Shown here: positions 1-5,940 of the stretch, piece by piece
Numbering within the stretch: position 1 is the first letter of the stretch
Layout: every line of letters begins with the position of its first letter
Assembly (NCBI GenBank): GCA_018985225.1
Contig: JADGIF010000596.1
Span: 1-6,258, forward strand
Length of the DNA: 6,258 nucleotides
Direction: 5' to 3'
DNA from: Amoeboradix gromovi X-113
Taxonomy: Eukaryota > Fungi > Sanchytriomycota
Program-made: the position numbers and the translations under genes
Notes under the pieces: model-generated
Databases searched by the model: none
What the model saw: only the letters and a program-made list of their open reading frames with translations
What the model was told of the DNA's origin: nothing

Positions 1-1
1 C

Positions 2-301
2 TTAGATGCTCAAAGACCTTCACTATTTGAAAGAGATGCAGGGTCTTCTAGTTTTATTTTAAAAAGAGGAATACAATCAATGAAAGAAAATTGGTATAAT
101 AGAAGATCTTTTATTAATGATAGCATTTCCTCCGTATGGAACACCTTTAAATACGAGTTAGTCTAGTATTTATATTTGGTGTCCCATATCAATGATTTGA
201 GAATGAAAGAATCAGTGTATGGCAAAATTACAAGAAAGACAGGAAATCATGATGTCGATTATAATTATAAGACCACTGCATTATGTAAAACAAAGAGTTA
301 G
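2..301 (+). CDS. Possible 3' part of an unidentified gene entering from the left edge; ends at TAG 164-166, or at TAG 299-301 if 134-166 is a 33-nt intron
   Basis: Frame 2 is open from base 2 (LDAQRPSLFERDAGSSSFILKRGIQSMKENWYNRRSFINDSISSVWNTFKYELV*). It stays open for 44 more codons after the single TAG. No family recognised. Confidence 0.3.
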
Positions 302-622
302 CGCAAGCTTTCGGCATGAGGACACTGCTTGTACTTATTCCTGAGTTTGTAACATATAAAGACTGGTACAGCCTATTAACTGCATACATGAGAGGATTCA
401 GGGATATTGTAGAGGTCGAAGGTTACACCACTATACTCGCTATAACGTATTAGTGCATATAGATCTGCATGCATGTTACTATGCATAGTCTAGTAAGAAA
501 TGGTGAAGTATCCGACAGTTAAGGAAGTGGAGTTGATGACAACGAGCAGCCGCCTAGATATAACTAATAAAATAAGGGACATTTCTGCATTATCAGTTGT
601 ACCTTTTTGAGATTTGTTTTAA

Positions 623-637
623 AAAGTTTGTCTAGTT
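623..637 (+). promoter_or_regulatory. Candidate core-promoter motif AAAGTTTGTCTAGTT, shared with the Argonaute upstream region
   Basis: 14/15 identity with the minus-strand 5876-5890 copy (AAAGTTTGTGTAGTT). The copies lie 36 and 38 nt before their ATGs, and both are preceded by TTGTTTT. Confidence 0.45.
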
Positions 638-662
638 TTATGGAGTGGACACTCCATAAAAC
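635..662. repeat. Perfect 13-bp inverted repeat with 2-nt spacer (hairpin/cruciform)
   Basis: GTTTTATGGAGTG (635-647), GA, CACTCCATAAAAC (650-662); the arms are exact reverse complements. Confidence 0.9.
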
Positions 663-673
663 AACTTTAATAC

Positions 674-1495
674 ATGAAGCAACTTAGTTGCTGCACAGCA
701 TTCTTACGAAAGATAGCCAATAAAAATATAACGACTTACAGTCAGCTCAAGGAGGCAGTAAATCCAATAGTGACAGATAAAAAGATTAAAACTGCTTTAC
801 CAGCGGCAATTGCAAGACAAACCGTCGAGGGTGGTACATATTTCGTCGATCAGGATAAGTTTGTGTTTAAAAATGGGGTGGAAGTAAATTGGAACATTAA
901 GCAAAGTGATGTAGAGCCATTTATTAACGAAAAATTTACATATACAGTAGGTGAGAGCTTTAGAATACAAAAAGATTTCATACAAATAGATAAGAGGTTT
1001 AACACGAAGCTAGCTGTATCCATTGCGATAAGCCGAAGCGTGTTGCTGGAAGATATGGAGAACTCATTTGACAATTTTTTATTAGAGACTAAGGGAATTC
1101 CTGAGATGCTTACAGAAGGACGATTCAATAAAATTAAAAGAGGCGATATTCAAAAGCATATTGGCCAATTTATGCAGCTGAGGTATAGGTTGAACTTGAG
1201 TAACGCACCTTATGCAGAATTGTCTGAATTTACCTGGAATGACGAGCATTCCGAAAAAGTGATGAAGGAGTCCTTAAGGTACTTTGACATCTACTCCAGA
1301 GTTACAAACATGAATCAAAAATTGGATTATGCAAATGAGATTACGAATTTATTGAAAAGCCATTTGACGGAAAGACATGGATTTCGACTTGAATGGATAA
1401 TTATTATACTTATCGCTCTGGAATTTGCACTCAGTTTAAGCCAGGAATGGAGATATCATCATGATCAAAGACAGATTGAATCAGACCCTGAATAA
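674..1495 (+). CDS. RMND1: DUF155 / RMD1-family protein, most like the mitochondrial RMND1/Mrx10 branch (273 aa)
   Basis: Family motifs FVFKNGVEVNWN, KLAVSIAISRSVLL, IGQFMQLRYRLNL and YFDIYSRVTNMNQKLDYANE, plus the C-terminal HGFRLEWIIIILIALEF transmembrane signature. The basic, acid-poor N-terminus is compatible with a mitochondrial presequence. Family call is firm; exact orthology is less so. Confidence 0.88.
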   Translation: MKQLSCCTAFLRKIANKNITTYSQLKEAVNPIVTDKKIKTALPAAIARQTVEGGTYFVDQDKFVFKNGVEVNWNIKQSDVEPFINEKFTYTVGESFRIQKDFIQIDKRFNTKLAVSIAISRSVLLEDMENSFDNFLLETKGIPEMLTEGRFNKIKRGDIQKHIGQFMQLRYRLNLSNAPYAELSEFTWNDEHSEKVMKESLRYFDIYSRVTNMNQKLDYANEITNLLKSHLTERHGFRLEWIIIILIALEFALSLSQEWRYHHDQRQIESDPE

Positions 1496-1496
1496 A
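1491..1496 (+). terminator. AATAAA polyadenylation signal overlapping the stop codon
   Basis: ...GAA TAA A...: the stop TAA (1493-1495) is part of AATAAA. Confidence 0.5.
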
Positions 1497-2220
1497 TGTG
1501 ATATATAACCATAACGTGATCTAGTCTTCTTCCGAATCGAAAAAAACTCAGGCAAATAATTAGACCTTGATTCTAACCTTGGGGCTGATCGTGACGTTCT
1601 TGGAGTCCTTTGTACAGACGAAAAGAAAGTTAACGAGTTTTTTTACAATTAGAAGTCTATACTAGACACTACCCGAGTGATAGAGTTCATGTTATCACAA
1701 AAATGATTTAATCAGTTACGAATACGAAGAAAGAAAAAACACAAGCGAGAGTTAGTGTTTTTAAATACCAGAAAAATACTCAAGCATTCAATTCGGGTGC
1801 CTATAATTTTCCGTTGGTTTAAGACGTTGATGGATGATAAAATGAGGTAAAAAATGTGCTTAGCGGTCTTAGATTAAAAATTGATCGCACCAAAAGCTGC
1901 CGGCTTCAATTGAACAAGGCATTTAATGCAATTACATGACTTTTATTCTCATTTATTTTTTTTTGCAGATACTTTCAGTGGCATGAGCCCGATATTCTTT
2001 CTTTTCATCAATCGAGATTGGTCCAGTACCAAAGAAATTGCTAATAAATACTTAATATATGATTCGAAAGGAAACATATGATGCGGCTGCAACAGTTGGT
2101 GACTTAATTACAGATAACAAATTTATTTCATGTTATTTGCTACACAAGGATACCAAAGTAATCAGTTTTAATTCAATAAATCATCTGCAGTGATTACACG
2201 AAGTCGATCTCTCTAATTGA

Positions 2221-2412
2221 TCATGTTTCTATAGTTACGTAATTGTTTAACAACTCTTCATACTTTCTTATCACCAACTGCAAGGCCCTTGTTAGCTTTT
2301 CTGTGGAGTTATTGATTTTCTCGGAAATCCAGACCTTCAATGAGGAGTTAGTCAAAATATAGCTCGCTATAAATGTCGCAAATATGGTCACCACTGCAAT
2401 CAAGATATCATC
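2221..2412 (-). CDS. Possible small membrane-anchored protein or terminal exon; no in-frame ATG
   Basis: Open frame DDILIAVVTIFATFIASYILTNSSLKVWISEKINNSTEKLTRALQLVIRKYEELLNNYVTIET*: a hydrophobic segment followed by an amphipathic helix. It is preceded by an acceptor-like TTTTTGTATAG. The ORF-track start is TTG. Confidence 0.25.
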   Translation of the reverse strand, partial: DDILIAVVTIFATFIASYILTNSSLKVWISEKINNSTEKLTRALQLVIRKYEELLNNYVTIET

Positions 2413-2507
2413 CTATACAAAAATGTAATGAAATGATATCTACCTAAGTGGTCTAAATTTCAGATGTGGTAATTTAACAACTTTTTGAGCGTCTCCCTGT
2501 TACAGTA

Positions 2508-3275
2508 ATGCAGGCTGCTGCATCAGTTGTTGTGCTCGGTCTTCGTTACGATGATATTGAATTGTACATGACCAACGATAATAGATACTTCTTTTTCTCT
2601 GAAAACCAGAGTGTATGGGACATCGCTATGGATGATGATTTAAAAACTGAATTAAAACATGCTTTGTATTCGAAATATCATAATCAGGATAATAAAGCGA
2701 TCGGATCTGTTACTGAGTTTGACTTTTCGGACTTTGAAGAAGGTACTTCTTACCCAGTTTCCAACACCGTACATTCTCAACAATGCGCTCAGTTCTTCAT
2801 TGATAATAAAATATCTCCCTACACCCCATTCTCTTCCATTCTCTCGATGACCCAAGACTTGTTTAATCTGGATGCTAAAACTATTCGTCAAATATTTAAT
2901 TCATATTCTAAGTCTTCTGTCACCAAGCCTAAGCCAAGAAACCATGCTCAAGATTTCTTTTCTATGATCCAGGATGTTCCGTCTAATTTTCAATATGTTC
3001 ACATTAAGCATAAATTTAAAAATGACAGCAGATGGCAGCTGCTCACGGATGTGGATCGTCGCAAGTATTTTAGAATTTTTAACAAATTGCGTAACCCTTC
3101 AGAGCTCCAAAATGCCAAACAGTCTCTGAATTCTCTGTTGTCTCGAACTAACGCGAATTCTGAAGAGGAAATTCTTGGTAAAATTGAGCACAAACTAGAA
3201 TGGATTTGCTTGCCGGGCACAGTTCGCGAAAGTGCATTGCAGGAACATTTGGAAGCATCCATGAAATCCACATGA
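2508..3275 (+). CDS. WW/FF-domain splicing/transcription-associated protein, TCERG1/Urn1/Dre4-like, reduced (255 aa)
   Basis: Degenerate WW-like segment IELYMTNDNRYFFFSENQSVWD, followed by an acidic linker. FF-like repeats are FFIDNKISPYTPFS...KTIRQIFNSY and DFFSMIQ...KFKNDSRWQLLTDVDRRKYF, with a weaker third repeat ending LEWICLPGTVRESALQEHL. Confidence 0.72.
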   Translation: MQAAASVVVLGLRYDDIELYMTNDNRYFFFSENQSVWDIAMDDDLKTELKHALYSKYHNQDNKAIGSVTEFDFSDFEEGTSYPVSNTVHSQQCAQFFIDNKISPYTPFSSILSMTQDLFNLDAKTIRQIFNSYSKSSVTKPKPRNHAQDFFSMIQDVPSNFQYVHIKHKFKNDSRWQLLTDVDRRKYFRIFNKLRNPSELQNAKQSLNSLLSRTNANSEEEILGKIEHKLEWICLPGTVRESALQEHLEASMKST

Positions 3276-3278
3276 ACA

Positions 3279-3305
3279 AATAAATAATAGTATACTATTT
3301 ATTTA
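3279..3305. terminator. Palindromic bidirectional 3'-end region between convergent genes
   Basis: Perfect 14-bp palindrome AATAGTATACTATT (3286-3299), extendable to 3281-3305 with one bulge. AATAAA on + at 3279-3284 and on - at 3298-3303. Confidence 0.65.
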
Positions 3306-5837
3306 GCAATAATATGCCCTTTTAGTCAAGTCAGGATGTAGCTTGATGGGCAATCCTGATACAGTACTCGACTTTTCGTATCTCTTAATTCTCTCTGCAA
3401 ACAGATCTGCCATCTTTACCACATTTGGAATACTGCATGGTGCTGCGCTTCTTTGGAACACATGGCACATGTTGAATGTAAATTGCTGCACATCATCTCC
3501 TGTCATATGTAATTCATCTTGCAGCACCACATATCTGGTTGGAATCGCAGTCCCTTGCAGTCCATTGTGAGACTGCAAATAAAACTCAAAGTGTTTACCA
3601 GTAATCTCTCTGTCTACTACCAATCCATTAACTAAATTGCCATTTCTTGTAGTGTTCTTGTTGTTGATACTAAAGAATCGAGTGACATGTTTTTTGATGC
3701 TGCAAATAAACAACAGTTTAAACTCAAACTTCAGTTCCAATGCTGCCTGTCTCATTCCATTAATTTCTTTACTTGCATACGTATTAAATTGACCTTCACC
3801 TAAACCATCACGGTACACAATAAGCGTCTCTGGATATTTTCCATTTCCAGGATTATCTCTGAACATCTCAAACAATTCCTTGAACGCTTCTTGAATTACA
3901 GCGCTGGTGTCTTCACCATCTACATGTTTGTAAACTCCTCTATAATCTGTAAATCGAGAATCCACACTTGCGACAAAAGTAGCTACAGATTGCGAGTCTG
4001 CAGATCTTCTGTCCATTTCGTCACCATGACATACATCAATTCCGACAAGCATTGTTCTATTGGTTACAAACTTACCCAAATCAGAATATCCTAGTCTCCA
4101 TGCACTCGTATTAGCACCGAATGACCAGGCTAATTTCTGATTCATTTTAAGCAGCAAATTACTACAATACTGAGCGTTAACCACAACTCTACCCCTTTGC
4201 TCCTTAAATTTGTCAGCCAACACAAATTGAGTCACAACTAACTGAGGAAATACGGGCGTGGTCTCTGTTAGTCGTTTCAAATGATTGTATACACCACAAG
4301 TTGCACTAGGGGTAATGCAGATAAGAATTGTAGGCGGACAACCAAATATCTTGGTAGCTTCTTTATAAGCGTCCTGAACTGACATTTCTACCTGTTCTTC
4401 GTATTTACTGTAAGCATCTCTTGGATCAACTGGGCATTCAATATATGCATTTTTGTGAGGAAACGTAACACCGTGGCTACTGCTGACGCGTTTTAAATTA
4501 CTGATCAAGTTTCTGTCAATTACAGTGAATGGGACCATACCGAAGTTGACAATGCAGTAACTATCTATTCTGCAAGGACTATTAAACAAAGCATCGCGAG
4601 TGTCAACATTGCCTTGGTGGTTAGTTTTACGATTGCCTTTTTTGAATACCACTTCAGCGGGTTGAATAAATCTTGCAGGAATTCGCAATAACTTAGTTTC
4701 AGCTCGTAAACCACTCTCAGGATCGATTTGAAATTTAGGATCGTTAATCAGGTTGCCAATGTGCTTTAATCTTTGAACTGGCCTTAAGCACGTCTCGTTT
4801 CGAATGCTATTTATATCAGGAACAGGTTTACCATAAGATTGAAATGGCTCAATTTGCAGCAACTCTGGAGGATAAAAGGTATTTCTCTTCTTATTTGTGC
4901 ATACCAACAGTGCATCAGGATTATGCAGCACAATACCTTTGGCTTTGAAGTAAGCTTCGACACTTTGATTAGTCTCTGGAATAACGTAATTACGAGCATT
5001 CTTGTCAGAAACACCAACAATAGTTGCGCTCTTACGCTTAGTAGTGTTGCATAATATCTTGACTTTCACGCCCTTGAATTCCGATTGAAGTTCTTGATGG
5101 CGGCGCAGTCTACATAACTTGAATGCTTCAACAACATTAAGTGGATTAAAAACCAAATGATACTTGGCGTCAATATTCAGCAGCAGTCCGTGAGTGACAC
5201 TAACTTTTGCATGTGATTGCATACCTTTGAGCATGGAGAGGTGGCTGCCTTGAATTTTATATATGTTGGTGGTACTAAATTGACCGACACCACGAACTAG
5301 CCGTTGAAATGAAGGGTCAAATTTAATCATTATGTCGCAGATTTGAGTAAGTTCTTGAAGATCGCTTGATGTTAAAGTAGAAGTACTTTTACTAAAATTA
5401 GCTAAATCTGATAAATTACGAGTAACTCTAAATTTAAGCTGCATTTCAATGTAAAAAATTTCCTCCTGTTGTGTTTCCTTGTTAAAAGTCTGACCAAATG
5501 GAATTTTGTATGTACTTTCCAAGTTTCGCTCCCACGAAATTACTGTGTTGCCACTGGCATAAACACGATGGCCTGTATCCATCAAATGCTTGTATAAGGA
5601 GTCTAACTTCATCTTCCGCTCTCTCGGCATCAGATTTTCAGTAACAGCATAGTACATGTAAATGTCTTTGGTAGGAACATTTGTAAACTTAACATAATTA
5701 GTCGTTACTTCGGCAGATGACCCGTTGGTTCCCATACTTTGAGATGGGCGAGCTAATTTGAACTCCACAACTTCTTTTTCTCTGTTAGGAATGAGTTTTG
5801 CAGTGTCTTGGTCTTGGCTTTTAAGTGGCGACTTCAT
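3303..5837 (-). CDS. ago1: Eukaryotic Argonaute (AGO-clade-like; N-L1-PAZ-L2-MID-PIWI), 844 aa, intronless, predicted DEDD slicer
   Basis: N: RPSQSMGTNG..VTTNY. L1: GLLLNID. PAZ: SVEAYF...FYPPELLQI. MID: YNHLK, TQ, SNLLLKMNQKL. PIWI: MLVGIDVCH, IVYRDGLGEGQF, KKHVTRFF, FYLQSHNGLQGT, SIPNVVKMADL. C-terminus LHPDLTKRAYYC. Confidence 0.97.
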   Translation of the reverse strand: MKSPLKSQDQDTAKLIPNREKEVVEFKLARPSQSMGTNGSSAEVTTNYVKFTNVPTKDIYMYYAVTENLMPRERKMKLDSLYKHLMDTGHRVYASGNTVISWERNLESTYKIPFGQTFNKETQQEEIFYIEMQLKFRVTRNLSDLANFSKSTSTLTSSDLQELTQICDIMIKFDPSFQRLVRGVGQFSTTNIYKIQGSHLSMLKGMQSHAKVSVTHGLLLNIDAKYHLVFNPLNVVEAFKLCRLRRHQELQSEFKGVKVKILCNTTKRKSATIVGVSDKNARNYVIPETNQSVEAYFKAKGIVLHNPDALLVCTNKKRNTFYPPELLQIEPFQSYGKPVPDINSIRNETCLRPVQRLKHIGNLINDPKFQIDPESGLRAETKLLRIPARFIQPAEVVFKKGNRKTNHQGNVDTRDALFNSPCRIDSYCIVNFGMVPFTVIDRNLISNLKRVSSSHGVTFPHKNAYIECPVDPRDAYSKYEEQVEMSVQDAYKEATKIFGCPPTILICITPSATCGVYNHLKRLTETTPVFPQLVVTQFVLADKFKEQRGRVVVNAQYCSNLLLKMNQKLAWSFGANTSAWRLGYSDLGKFVTNRTMLVGIDVCHGDEMDRRSADSQSVATFVASVDSRFTDYRGVYKHVDGEDTSAVIQEAFKELFEMFRDNPGNGKYPETLIVYRDGLGEGQFNTYASKEINGMRQAALELKFEFKLLFICSIKKHVTRFFSINNKNTTRNGNLVNGLVVDREITGKHFEFYLQSHNGLQGTAIPTRYVVLQDELHMTGDDVQQFTFNMCHVFQRSAAPCSIPNVVKMADLFAERIKRYEKSSTVSGLPIKLHPDLTKRAYYC

Positions 5838-5875
5838 TTCAAGGGGCTGCGCATATTTTCATATTATTCTGCAAG

Positions 5876-5890
5876 AACTACACAAACTTT
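5876..5890 (-). promoter_or_regulatory. Candidate core-promoter motif AAAGTTTGTGTAGTT upstream of Argonaute
   Basis: Second copy of the 623-637 motif, in the same orientation and at nearly the same spacing relative to its ATG. Confidence 0.45.
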
Positions 5891-5930
5891 AAAAAAACAA
5901 TTAAATGACGAAGAACTATTAAGTAGAGAG

Positions 5931-5940
5931 TTTATATATA
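5931..5940 (-). promoter_or_regulatory. TATA-box-like element upstream of Argonaute
   Basis: Minus strand TATATATAAA about 95 nt before the ATG at 5837; weak evidence in AT-rich DNA. Confidence 0.3.

Noticed and set aside
316-453. 45-aa ORF MRTLLVLIPEF...AITY
   Set aside because: Short, with no recognisable family or supporting signals.
797-1128. Minus-strand ORFs 797-985 and 850-1128
   Set aside because: Antisense shadows within the DUF155 gene; no recognisable motifs.
1655-1698. Small hairpins GTCTA/TAGAC and GTGATA/TATCAC
   Set aside because: 5-7 bp stems are expected by chance.
1496-2220. tRNA, snRNA, snoRNA, CRISPR array or transposon in the intergenic gap
   Set aside because: No cloverleaf, snRNA signature, paired C/D boxes, spaced repeats or transposase motifs were seen by eye; an Infernal/Rfam scan is needed to exclude divergent RNAs.
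2652-3271. ORFs 2652-2891 (-), 2659-2850 (+) and 2999-3271 (-)
   Set aside because: Nested in or antisense to the WW/FF gene; no independent support.
3343-5054. Short ORFs 3343-3570, 3891-4094, 4811-5020 and 4839-5054
   Set aside because: Shadow or alternative frames within Argonaute.
3303-5837. Prokaryotic Argonaute defence operon, or PIWI-clade protein
   Set aside because: Size, domain motifs (FYLQSH..LQGT, RDG..EGQF) and eukaryote-type neighbours indicate eukaryotic AGO. No operon structure or APAZ/effector partner is present. The GIDVCH motif alone is not enough to call PIWI clade.
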